Assembly: GCF_964213995.1 (NCBI RefSeq)
Contig: NC_135804.1
Span: 67,952,001-68,016,000 of the forward strand
Length of the DNA: 64,000 bases
Reading direction: 5' to 3'
Source: Mustelus asterias
Lineage: Eukaryota
Shown: one piece after another, positions 1-12,029 of the stretch
Numbering within the stretch: the first letter of the stretch is position 1
Layout of the letters: every line of letters starts with the position of its first letter
Made by a program: the position numbers and the translations under genes
Notes under the pieces: model-generated
What the model saw: the letters and a program-made list of their open reading frames with translations, nothing else
Database searches by the model: none
What the model was told of the DNA's origin: nothing

Positions 1-405
1 AAATTGGAGGAAACGTCATTGATGAAACGTCTGAAGATGGTTGGGCCCAGAACGGAACACTGCAACCTCCCGCAACTCCAGCTAGCTAACGTTCTGTTGG
101 ATGTGTGCGTGACAATCAACCCCACCCTCCAATTCCCAACCCCTCAATTCCTCTTAACTCAGTTTAGGTGGGGCTATTGATAATACACTCGCAGAAATGA
201 TGCCCTGATGTCAAAGGCATTCACTTTCACCGCGTGTCTCGAATGTATCTATTATATCCATACGCATAATAAGTCTGTAATGAGGTAAGGATATGAATGT
301 TTCTGGTGGGAAACAAAATGGACGCCAGCGATCTGGTTATTGCCATCAAAGTGCTGCTCGGTCGCATTGTCGAGCAAATCTCCCATTTCTTTGTTGATGA
401 TCTGG
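1..405 (-). mobile_element. Decayed L2-like (CR1-group) LINE ORF2 fragment
   Basis: gtcattgatgaa..ctgaagatggttgggcccag is the reverse complement of sequence inside the RT region of the LINE at ~35220-35260; no intact ORF. Confidence 0.6.
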
Positions 406-891
406 ACTAGAAAATAGACGAATAATTAATTTCTGAGAAACGACGTGAATCGCATGCCTTAGAATAACAAGAATCCGACCTGCTTTGAAAAGAACGCTCG
501 TGATTCTGCAGTGTAACCATAATATATGCAGATAGACCAGAGCGAAATGTTTCCAACACCGGCTTGGAACATGAAAAATATGTGCATAGCAGTAAAAGTT
601 TACATAGCAGTAAACGTATAAAAGTTACAAACAAAAATGAACGTCATGACCATCTGTCAGCTCGAGACTGTCCATTTTCCATTGTGCGGCTGAAAGGACA
701 TGTTTCGCAATAAACTGACATTCTGATGTTCCTGTGGTTACCTTATGTCAGTAGAACCAAAAGCTCATCCGGTGGATAGCTTTTTTTGCGAGAAAAATGC
801 AAAGGGGCAGTTACATTTGAAAGAAAATCATAAATTTATTGAATTTAATCATGTTACTGATGTAAGAATTTAATGATTGTTTTTGTTTCAG

Positions 892-993
892 CTTGCTTAC
901 AGTTTATCTCTCAAAATCAACTTTGAATACAGAGATGCATTCATGGTTACGAGGTGGCGCTTCTTGATCCGGAGCATATTTCTTCGATATCGG
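892..993 (+). other. Orphan exon-like segment
   Basis: Acceptor ttttgtttcag and donor gtgagt bound 102 nt that are open in phase 0 (LAYSLSLKINFEYRDAFMVTRWRFLIRSIFLRYR); no recognisable homology. Confidence 0.25.
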
Positions 994-1084
994 GTGAGTA
1001 CACAACTTGAAAGCCAAGAAATAAATTATGCCGTTCAAGTAAACAGACGGGAATTGTGTGTTATTCATTGACAAACTAAATATG

Positions 1085-1262
1085 CACATTCGTCCGGTGA
1101 AAATCCTGGAATTTCCTCCCTTACGGCATTGTGGGTCAACCCACATCACATGGAATGCAGCGATTCAAGAAGGCAGCTTTCCACCACCTTCTCAAGGGCA
1201 ATTCGAGATGGGCAATTAATACTGGCCAGTCAGCGACGCCCATGTCCCACGAATAAATAACA
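1085..1262 (+). mobile_element. 3' end of L2-like LINE
   Basis: tgcagcgattcaagaaggcagc..caccttctcaagggcaatt..gcgacgcccatgtcccacgaataaataa matches the tail at ~36070-36177. Confidence 0.65.
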
Positions 1263-2167
1263 ATTAACGACTGTGTTGAATTTGTAGGAGATGTGAATTG
1301 AGTCATATTTGGTGCTTTGCAGGCGACTCCGGCTAACCAATTACGCACCATATGTTCATCCCATGACGGAATGCATTGGAGTAATGTGAGGAATAAAAAT
1401 GGTGATCCATTCAGCTGGACTGTTCCTCTTGTGAAACATAAAATATTTATGAGGAACCAGTGAAGTCTTTAAGCTTCCAAAACCTCTTTGGCATTGACAT
1501 TAATAGGGTCTTTCATTTGATACGGCGGAGAAATGTTTTGTAATTGTCATTAAAAGAGCACGGATACCGGATTCGGACGGCTGTTTTAAGGCCTGATTCG
1601 TACCGACTGTCTAATACTTTACGGAAAGCGATTAATAATTTGAGCCGACTCCTAAAATGGAGACGCCTGCGGGGAAATACATATTTTGAAAATAAAAGAT
1701 TCGCAATTGATAAATCGGAAACTGAATTTGCATTAATCCCCAGGGTGCTCACGAGCGTGGTGACGACAGATTCTCTGCGCCGAACTGAGCACGTTATATA
1801 AATATGGGCATGATAAGTGGCGAGTTTTAAAACAGATGACCCAAGCACGGAACCGGAGTTTTATCAGTGCTCAAATTCTTTGTTGCATCTAGTGTGTTCT
1901 CTCGTTAGTTGATATCTCATTGATTCAATCGAACTGCATGAATATTGACATCTACCATGCGGAGTCACCGTTATGGGCGGACGTCCATCTCTTGACATTT
2001 CCAGATGAACGCTGTTGCCAACTTTTAAACCTTGTCATTTGCACTCAGCTTTGCCGAATCCGTTGATAAAGGTACTCTCTCTTCACTCTGTTCGTTGTGT
2101 AATCGTCCACAGCAAAGCAGGACTGAAAAAGAATGGCACTCCAGCGTGCGGCATATAGTTGCATAAA

Positions 2168-3958
2168 CATAGAGCATAGAACAGTACAGCACAGAACAGG
2201 CCCTTCGGCCCACGATGCTGTGCCGAGCTTTATCTGAAACCAAGATCAAGCTATCCCACTCCCTACCTTCCTGGTGTGCTCCATGTGCCTATCCAATAAC
2301 CGCTTAAATGTTCCTAAAGTGTCTGACTCCACTATCACTGCACGCAGTCCATTCCACACCCCAACCACTCTCTGAGTAAAGAACCTAGCTCGGACATCCT
2401 TCCTATATCTCCCACCATGAACCCTATAGTTATGACCCCTTGTAATAGGTCCAACCACCCGAGGAAATAGTCTTTGAACGTTCACACTATCTATCCCCTT
2501 CATCATTTTATAAACCTCTGTTAAGTCTCCCCTCAACCTCCTCAGCTCCAGAGAGAACAGTCCTAGCTCCCTCAACCTTTCCTCATAAGACCGACCCTCC
2601 AAACCAGGCAGCATCCTGGTAAATCTCCTTTGCACTCTTTCCAGTGCTTCCACATCCTTCTTATAGTGAGGTGACCAGAACTGCACACAATATTCCAAAT
2701 GTGGTCTCGCCAAGGTCCTGTACAGTTGCAGCATAACCCCACGGCTCTTAAACTCTAACCCCCTGTTAATAAAAGCTAACACACTATAGGCCTTCTTCAC
2801 AGCTCTATCTGCTTGAGTGGCAACCTTCAGAGATCTGTGGATATGGACCCCAAGATCTCTCTGTTCCTCCACAGTCTTCAGAACCCTATCTTTGACCCTG
2901 TAATCCACATTTAAATTAGTCCTACCAAAATGAATCACCTCAAATTTATCAGGGTTAAACTCCATCTGCCATTTTTCAGCCCAGCTTTGCATCCTATCTA
3001 TGCCTCTTTGCAGTCTACAACAGCCCTCCACCTCATCCACTACTCCACCAAGCTTGGTGTCATCAGCAAATTTACTGATCCACCCTTCAGCCCCCTCCTC
3101 TAAGTCATTAATAAAAATCACAAATAGCAGAGGACCACGCACTGATCCTTGTGGCACTCTGCTAGCAACCTGCCGCCAATCCGTAAATTTTCCATCCACC
3201 ACCACCCTCTGTCTGTGATCAGATAGCCAGTTACCTATCCAATTGGCCAACTTTCCCTCTATCTCACACCTCCTTACTATTATCATAAGCTGACCATGGG
3301 GGACCTTATCAAACGCCTTACTAAAATCCATGTGTCTGACATCAACTGCCCTAACTTCATCAACACACTTAGTTCCCTCTTCAAAAAATTCAATCAAATT
3401 TGTGAGGCACGACTTGCCCTTCACGAATCCGTGCTGACTATCCTGGATTAATGCATATCTTTCTAATTGGTCATAAATCCCTTCTCTAAGGACCTTTTCC
3501 ATCAACTTACCAACCACCGAAGTAAGACTAACCGGCCTATAATTACCAGGGTCATTTCTATTCCCTTTCTTAAACAGAGGGACAACAATCACCACTCTCC
3601 AGTCCTCTGGCACCATCCCCGTGGACAGTGAGGACCCAAAGACCAAAGCCAAAGGCTCTGCAATCTCCTCCCTTGCCTCCTAAAGGATCCTAGGATATAT
3701 TTCATCAGGCCCAGGGGAGTTACCGACCTTCAGTTTATTCAAAACTGCTCGTACATCCTCCATTGGAACATCTACTTCCTCCAACCTAGCCTGTAACACC
3801 TTCTCATCCTCAAAAACATGGCCCCTCTCCTTGGTGAACACTGAAGAAAAGTATTCATTCATCACCTCCTATCTCTACTGACTCCATAAACAAGTTCCCA
3901 CTACTGTCCTTGACCGGCCCTAACCTCACTCTGGTCATTCTTTTATTTCTCACATAAG
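2168..3958 (-). mobile_element. 5'-truncated CR1/HER1-type LINE, RT region and 3' tail
   Basis: ORF 2246-3652 has PGNYRPVSLTSVVGK, QHGFVKGKSCLTNL, FADDTK and RPHLEYCVQFWSP motifs; ctatg-type microsatellite tail near 2170. Confidence 0.95.
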
Positions 3959-4051
3959 AATAATGTAAAATACACCGCCAAAATGTCTGTATGGTGGTAG
4001 TAAGTCTCAGATACGCAAACAAACCTCTATAATCGATGCGCCTCATGCAGA

Positions 4052-4723
4052 TATTATGGTTCAGGTTAGAAACTCCAAAGTGTGTTATGAGGCCCTCCTG
4101 AGCCAGACGTTTTGCATCTTGAACATAGCTAGGATAAGCAAGAGATGTTTCATTCTAGGTATTATTCAAGTGAGCCCACAAGGGAGCTTTTATGAAACAC
4201 AATTTAATTAATTATTGAATCAAAACGCATTGCAAGAAATTTGCCAAGAACGTTTATCAGTTACAAACAAGAACAAAACAGCCAGACCAGTATTTAACCC
4301 TTAATGCATCTATGTAATGATGTTCCACTCAAAACCAAAATCCAATAAACAAAATCCCTCAGACAGATTTATCACTGCACAGGCTAAAGCTCACATGATA
4401 CGAGAATCCAGTATGTTGAATTCTGCTGTCAAATGATCTTGAAAACTCAGAGCACCCTGCAGTCGCATGAGCTCCGCAACGCACCAAACCACAGATTGAT
4501 TACTGCAGCATGGCTACAAGCCTTTCTTTTATTAAACTGGTAAAATTTTCAAAGCAGAACTGGGAGAGAAACTTATTTTCTAGCTTGCTGCTGAGACTGC
4601 TTCGAAGACTGCAGCCAGACCTACCCATAGCTTTTTTCTCCACCCAACAATGACATCACCTCAGGCTGTGAGCATGAAATCATTTTTTAAAAAAACATCT
4701 CTTAAAGGGACACTAACCTCACA
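4052..4723. repeat. Unclassified interspersed repeat, possibly a solo LTR
   Basis: Non-coding block of about 670 bp with tatt.../...caca ends and an LTR-like composition; no partner LTR in the window. Confidence 0.25.
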
Positions 4724-5011
4724 CAGTAAAACTATAAATGTTCCTGCCATTGCAAAAACAGGACAATATTCGCTAAGCAATTCTGCAATAGCAACTGCTG
4801 ATCGAATATCCCGTCATCAATCTTCTGTAATGGCTGATCATCAGCACCTTCGGCAGTAAAGTTACAATGTAATGAAAAAAAAACCGATTGTTCGAGCAGT
4901 ATAGTTGCTGAACACGTTATACACGTTGGCTATGTTTCACATTACTTTATTTTTTTTCAAAATTTCCTGCATTGTTTCTTCTAAATTGATTACATAGTTA
5001 ACTTTCCTAGT

Positions 5012-5310
5012 TGGAGAGCTGATGGCGCAGTGGGAATCCAACTTCTACCAATAATTCAGAGACTCAGGATAATGGTTTGTGAACATTTGTTAAATGTCAT
5101 CGTGGGAACCACTGGAAATTTAATTAACTCAATATAATTTGCAATTGAAAGCTAGTCTTATTAAAGTTGATCATAATTTTTTTTAAAAAATTGATTGTTT
5201 TGCACACAGCCCATGCATCGCCAAAGGTTTCCAGGAAGTAATTCTGCCATCTTTGCATTGTCTGACATACAAGTGATTGCACACCGACAGAAATATTATT
5301 AGTTACTAAT
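5012..5310 (+). mobile_element. Highly decayed tRNA-derived SINE (same family as 13698-13903)
   Basis: Box-A-like tggcgcagtgg head; ttgattgtt..ttccaggaagtaattctgccatc core resembles 13725-13790. Confidence 0.4.
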
Positions 5311-5821
5311 TGTCTTCTGAAGTTACAGAAGAAAGGCACTTGTGGCATGCGGCGTGCAGTTTTATAATGTACAATACACGGCCAAAATATCTGTGTGGTG
5401 GTAGTAAGTCTCAGTAATGCGAATTCAGTTCAAGAAGAATTACGGAAGGGTATCAGATTCAGACTATGCAAACAGCACCACCAACCCGTGAATTAACTGG
5501 GATAAATGAGAAACTGCTGGAGTTCTGATCTTACAAGGGTAAAACTCCCCGAAATTAAAAATTATTTTTCGATCAGGTCTATCATCTTATCGTTCGGCTA
5601 CAAGTGTCATCCACATTAAGTGTTGTATTGGTGACTGAATACATTCACACTGAAGCGAAGTACGTAAAGTAGGCGCATTTTAACTTCTGGTTGCAAATGC
5701 GGAGGTAAATAAATCGCATTTCAAAACTACATGCAAATTAAACAAAAACAAACACGTAATACATTTTATGAACAGGTATTCCTGAGTAGCATCACAGCAT
5801 AGCAAAAATCTTTGCAAAACG

Positions 5822-5980
5822 TTTCTCGTGGAATATGGGAGAGGCTGCCAAAACGTCACTGTTGCCCACATATATTTCCTTTTGAAAAGTTCGTCGTGGT
5901 CGCTTTCTTGAATGCTATAATAATTCTGCTGCGGGTAAGCCCGTTTTGTTAGAGGGAAAGGAATTTCAAGATGTTCATCA
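5822..5980 (-). mobile_element. Decayed L2-like LINE 3' tail
   Basis: Aligns in reverse with the tail at 1085-1262 and in the same orientation with the copy at 38930-39080. Confidence 0.5.
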
Positions 5981-6273
5981 TGTTCGGCGGAAACCTTCTT
6001 TCGTTTCCTCTGCCAATGTGCCAGCGTCGGTGAACGATTCTTTCAAAGTTCATACAGACTAAGGACTAACAAACCATTGCAAACCATAAGCCACTGCCGC
6101 AAAAATGGACAGCATTACTGTTTGATGTGTCAAAGATTAATATTGCCACGAATGGATATCCACTTCTTTTGCAGTTGGTGTGCACCTGCAAATTCATTGA
6201 CGCCAATCTAGTCAACACAGTATCAGGATGTTACATCAATCTCCAAGTGTTACGCCAGCAGGATTCGACTCAT

Positions 6274-7281
6274 GGAGCCCGATTTTACCATTGCGTCGCG
6301 CCCATTTTCGGACGCAAAAACGTGGTAACGTCGGGTGTGAGGCCATTGCGTCTGCGCAGATGCCCACTTTACCAAGGCCAGAAAATGGCCGCGATCCAAT
6401 TCGCGCCCGAAACGGGCGCAACGGCGATTTAAATGAATTTGCATTCATTTAAATTGAATTAATGGGCTGCCCGCCCACGTTTATCAGCATTTTCCCCTTT
6501 ACCATCAAGTTCATCAGTCCAGATATGGCGTGAAACAGACATGCTCGGCCAAGGTCTGTTTCGAGAGCTCCAGCTTCTGAAGAGGTGAGTTCAGAGCTTC
6601 CAACGGCTGTCTGACTCAGATCGGTGCTGGGAAGGGTGGAGGAGCGGGAGGGTGGGGGGGGGGGGGGGGGTTTGGCGGGGCGGTGGAGAGAGGCGGGACA
6701 GATCATTCTGATCATTCTCTGGTCGGGGGGGAGGGATGTCAGATCGTTTTCTGATGGATGGGGAGAGGGAGGAATGCCCGATGGTGTCTGGTTGGGGGGA
6801 GGGCGGGGACGGGGCGGCGGCAGAGAGAGGTCAGATTGTTGTCTGGTGGGGGGGAAGAGGGAGACCTGATCATTCTCTGGTGGGGGGAGACGGAGAGGTT
6901 GGGGGGGGGCGTTGGCAGGGGGGGTCCCCTTCCCCTCTGTGGGCAATCAGTGGGGGGGAAGTGGGGCAGGGGGTCACCGTTGGCCTGGTTGTGGGGGGGG
7001 GGTGGGTTGATAAGGGGGACAGTTATGTTGTGGGGATGGGGTGATGTCTGTGGGGACCATCGCTCCTGCTTTCCACTCCCGGGCCGCAAAAAGCGGACAA
7101 AGTGGCCCGGGAGCGATGTGACAGGGGCACATTTTTAATTTTTTTCTCACTGCGCATGCACAATTCAAAGCTCCGATACTTGCAACAGCGTTTCCGGCAC
7201 GCTAAACCCCGCCCACATCGCAATTCAAGCTTTTTTGTCAGGCTAAGTGCGTATGGGGGCGCTTCGGAACAGATTTCCCAA
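6274..7281 (-). mobile_element. Non-autonomous DNA transposon, inverted copy lacking one end
   Basis: Begins GGAGCCCGATTTTACCA; is the reverse complement of 7345-8583; G-rich internal subrepeats. Confidence 0.7.
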
Positions 7282-8583
7282 GGGGCCCGATTTTAACATT
7301 TTGATTCGACATGCTGAATTTGGGCGCAATTCAGATCTGTACTGTAAAAGCGTTCTCAGGCGCCCCCATACGCACTTAGCCTGAAAAAAATGTCATGAGT
7401 CTGAATTGTGCTGTGGGCGGGTCTTATCGCTCCAAAACGCTGCTGCTCCGATCGGAACTTTGAATTGCACATGCACAGTGAGAAAACAATTTGCAAAATG
7501 TGCCCCTGTCACATCTCTCCCAGGCTGCAAAAAGCGGATAAAGCAGCGGGGGAGTGAAAAGCGTGAACGATGGCCCCCACAGAGATCACCCCACCCCCCA
7601 CAACACGACTGTCGCCATTATCCAGCCAATCCCCTCCACTACCCAGATCGATCATGACCCTGTGCCCCCTTTCCCCTACCGATTGCCCGCAGAGTAGCAG
7701 CAGACCCCTCCTCTACCTGTCACCCCCCCACCCCCCCACCAGAGATCCATCTGGCCTCCCTCCCACCCCACCTGTGAGCGATTGGGCCTCCCCCCCACCA
7801 GAGAATGATCGGGCATCCCCCCCACCAGAGGATGATCATCCTCCCCCAACCAGATAATTATCTGGCCTCCCCTCCCGCAACGAATGATTGGGCCTCCCCC
7901 CCCCCCCCACCAAATAGTGATCGGGCCTGCCCCCGAGAGAATGATCGGGCCTCCCACCTCCCTCCCCCCTCCAGTAAATGATCAGGCCTCCCTCCTTCCA
8001 CCCTCCCCGAAAGGACAACGATCTGGCTTCTCCCCACCCCACCAGAGAATGATCGGGCCTCCATCCTCCCTCCATTCTCCCCCCACGCCCCCCCCACCAC
8101 CCCCCGTCCCACCAGAGATGCATTTGAGCCTCCTCACCCTCACCAGAGGACGAATGGGCCTACCTCCTCCCCTCCTTCGCACCCCGCAACCAGAGAATGA
8201 TCTGACCCACCTCCCTTCCCCCCAACCCAACGATCTGAGTCACAGAGTCGCTGGAAGCTCTGAACATACGTATTCAGAAGTTGAAGCGCCCGAAACACTC
8301 CTTTGCTGAACATGTCTGTTTCACGCTGAATCTGGATGGGCGAACACAATGGTAAACGGAGAAATGCTGGTAAAGGTGGGCGGACAGCCCATTAATTCAA
8401 ATTTAATGCATGCGAATGCATTTAAATCCCATTGCGCCTGTTTCGGGCGCGATTTGGATTGTGGCCATTTTCGGGTCTTGGTAAAGCGGGCATCTGCGTG
8501 GACGCGGGCATGGATCGTGTTAATGGCCTCACGTCAGACTTTACCAAGTGTTCGCGTCCGTACAATGGTAGAATCGGGCCTCC
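7282..8583 (+). mobile_element. Non-autonomous DNA transposon (MITE-like, possibly PIF/Harbinger)
   Basis: TIRs GGGGCCCGATTTTA (7282) and TAGAATCGGGCCTCC (8583); internal C-rich ccagagaatgatc subrepeats; no transposase. Confidence 0.7.
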
Positions 8584-8589
8584 AGAATC

Positions 8590-8830
8590 AAAGAATCCAT
8601 ACAGTCCCAAAGGATGCCATTTTGGCCTGTCCAGTCGGCACTGGCAGCAATCCCACCCAGACCCTCCCCCTGTAACCCCACGTCGTCACCCTGCAGGTCC
8701 AGCTGACACGAAGGGACAATTTAGTATGGCCAATCAACGTAACTCACACACGTTCGGAGTGTGGTATGGAATTGGAGCAAGCGGAGGAAACTAACGGAGA
8801 CACGGGGAAAACGTGCAAAATCCACAGAGA
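8590..8830 (-). mobile_element. Decayed HE1-type V-SINE fragment
   Basis: gacacgaagggacaatttagtatggccaatcaac.. is the reverse complement of the HE1 body at 22378-22712. Confidence 0.7.
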
Positions 8831-9637
8831 TCCAGATCCGCATTTAACTCTCCACAAAAACATAACTTAGCCTGGTGTGGTGGAGCGAAAGTAACGGCTC
8901 GTGACCAGAGATGTATCTGTGGTATTGGGTGAAGACGCGTCGCTTTGCGTTTAATGCATTTCCACTTTCCCAGTAAATTCGCATGAGCTTTTGTAGTGGA
9001 AATAGGGATTACGAGAAGAGTTAAACATATTTATCTCCATTTGCAAGAGATATAAACAGCAAAATTGAAGAATAATTTCTCAAAGGATCAAACCTCAAAA
9101 TCCTTATTGAGACAGCAGCGACCGAATAAAATCTTGTTCGTTTGAAAAGTTATTACAGTGGCCCGGATTTTGTTACCTGAATAGAAGTGTTATTTAACCT
9201 TATTCATTGTTTTTTGGGGGAGGGAACTGTACAGCAAGATATGCCGAAAGACAGAATTTCCTATGTTTCCTAATGGTCATCGAAACAATCTTCAAGAATT
9301 GTCGCAAGTGGTCGATTTATAAAGCGGCAGTGCCCAGAGCTGCGCCAATTTGTGAAGATTGCTAACAAGCTGCAGAGGTTTTAGCGATCTTTGGTTTGAA
9401 GCTGTTATGAGGAGGTACAATACACAACGTACAGGGACGTTGGCAGTAATTGCATGAGATGGACACAATCTGTACTTTGTAATCCAAGGCACAAAACATT
9501 CCGATTTGGAAATGTGTCCCTTTCTTCCATCTTCTTGCGTAAAATTCTTGGACAGCCCTCTCGCCGAGTGGTCCAGGTGCTATATGCAGTGCCGCAGCTC
9601 AAAGACGCTTTTTGCACCGTATTAAGCTCAGTTGAGG

Positions 9638-9696
9638 ATGGTCATCAAAGTTTGCTCTTGTCAGTGACATTCTCATGCCATTCATGTCACGCACAG
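9638..9696 (+). pseudogene. Possible frameshifted leader (signal peptide) exon
   Basis: ATG..cacag|gtaact; removing one base gives the phase-1 exon MVIKFALVSDILMPFMSRT(G); a TATA-like tttataaag lies at ~9317. Confidence 0.2.
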
Positions 9697-10860
9697 GTAA
9701 CTATGTCCTTGGATACAAACATAAGTAATCACGCAGGACTACACATACAAAGCAACTTCTGAAAGAGACGGGGACGCAGGTAGACATATAGACTAACAGA
9801 TATGCTCTTTGATAGATGCAAAGGCAAATAAAGCAAAATGCTGCAAATGCTGAAAATATAAAGCAAAAATACAAAATTATGTATATGTTCACCACGTCTG
9901 GAACCATCTGCGGAGAATGAAACAGAACTAGCGTTTCGAATCGGACGTTTTCCTGTCCTGAGTTTAAGAACAAAATCCAGGCCTTTGAATTACAAAATTC
10001 TAACGCACGACATGTTATTCAGTCTCTGTTGTCTCACGAAGGATTCTAAGGTCTGAACCTTAGGTTCTCTCCAAATATAAGTCAAGATCTGCTGAGTATT
10101 CCGAACATTTCATGCATTGATTAAAGGGAGGGGCGAACGTTAAATCAAAACATACAAATACCTTTATAGAAAGAGAGAAGCAGGAGTTGGCCATTCGGCC
10201 TTTCGAGCATGTTCAGCTGTTCATTGTGATCAAGGTTGATCATCAATCCAACACCTTAATCTCGCCTTCCCTCATGTCTGCTGATCCGTCTAGCCCTAAG
10301 AGCATTATCTAATTCCTTCTTGAAATCACACAACGTATTGACCTCAACTACTTTCTGTGGTAGTGATTTCCGAAGATTTACCACTCCCTGCGTGAAGAAA
10401 TGTTACTTTACTCACTCTTAACAGGTTTACTCATTATTCTCACACTATGCTCTCTAGTTCTGAGCACCTCCACCATCGAGAACAATATTTCTTTATCAAC
10501 CTCATCTAATCCTGCAAGAATTGTATAGGTTTCTACGAGATCCTCTGTCATTCTTCTAAGGTTCAATGGGTGTAATCATATCCGATTGAACCTTTCCATA
10601 TATGGCAGTCCCGCATTCCCGGAAACAGCTTCGAAAAACGTTACTGCCCTCTATCACAGCACAAATATCCTTCCTCTGATAAGGAGGCCAGAACTGCACA
10701 GAATACTTCAGATGTGGCCTCAGCAACGTCATATACAAATGCAGCAAAACATCCCTCCCTACTTCTATACCAAAATCCTTTTGCTGTGAAGTCCAGCATA
10801 CATTTTGTCTTCGGCACTGCCTGCTGTAGCAAAACGTTTACTTTCATTGATTGATGCACA

Positions 10861-11815
10861 ATTTGATTTGATTTGATTATTATTGTCACATGCATTTGTA
10901 TTCAGTGAAAAGTATTGTTTCTTCTGCACTATATAGACAAAGCATACCGTACATAGAGAAGGAAAGGAGAGAGTGCAGAATGTAACCTTACAGTCATAGC
11001 CAGGGTGCAGAGAAAGATTAACTTTATGCGATGTAGGTCCATTCAAAAGTCTGATGGCAGCAGGGAAGAAGCTATTCTTGATTTAGTTGGTATGTGCCCA
11101 CAGATTTTTGTATCTTTTTCCCGAAGAGAGCCTGCCCGGTGTGCGTGGGGTACTTAATTGTGCGGGTTGCTTTTTCGGGAAGGCTGCCCTGACGTCTGCA
11201 ATGGTGACCTCGCATACAAGTTCGTTTCAAGGCTTCTGGGGTGGAGAGCGTGGCATATATTGCATTGAGCTCATCGGGGAGGGTTGCGTTGGTAATGGCA
11301 ATTTTACATGCCTTCATCTTGTACGCCTTGCAGAGCTTGCCATAGTCGTGGGGAGTCCGTGTTGCAAGCCTCGGACTTACGTTCGTCCTGTACTGGCTTT
11401 TGGCATCATTGTTCGATCTCCTTCGGTCATATTTGACTTTGTTGTATCGGTCAAGGTCGCCTGACTTGAATGCTTCAGACCTGGACTTCAGCAAGCCGTG
11501 CATATCGCTGTTCACCTCTAGGTTCCGGTTGGGAAACACGCGATTTGTTTCTTTGGCACACAGTCTTCCAGACATTTAGGAACAAAGTCAGTTACCATAG
11601 TGGCGTAATCGTTGAGGCAGGTCGCAGAATTTTAAAATACTGACCAGTCTTCGACTGTACACTGTCCCGGAGGAGATCATCAAATTCCTCAGAGCAACAT
11701 TGCACGTCTTTCATTGACGGATTCTCCCATTTCAGTAAGCCAGGAGCAGGAGCACAGCCTTGTGGTCTGAAATGGTCTCGGTGATTATCCACCTCGCTCA
11801 ATTGACCCCCTGACA
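10861..11815 (-). mobile_element. Rex1/Babar-type LINE, internally deleted
   Basis: (tttga)n tail at 10861; translation LLKSRSEAFKSGDLDRY..LPDELNAIYA. Confidence 0.75.
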
Positions 11816-12029
11816 AATAATAACATGTCTTCTTCTTATTTCTACTGAAGGGATAAACTCATATTTATCCACATTATATTGCACTTGCCATGCATCTCCT
11901 CACTCACTCAGTCTGTTAAAGTCACACTGAAGTATCTCTACTTTCCGTCTGATACATCACTCGCCATCCAACATTGCATTACCTACAAATTTTGAGATAA
12001 TGCATTTAGAATCGCCAATACAAATGCAC

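Noticed and set aside
5890-5934. 45-nt AG/GT-bounded hydrophobic mini-exon (FVVVAFLNAIIILLR)
   Set aside because: Lies within a recognisable antisense L2-like LINE tail
6449-8349. Many overlapping Pro/Gly-rich ORFs
   Set aside because: By-products of G/C-run subrepeats in the DNA transposon pair; open in several frames on both strands
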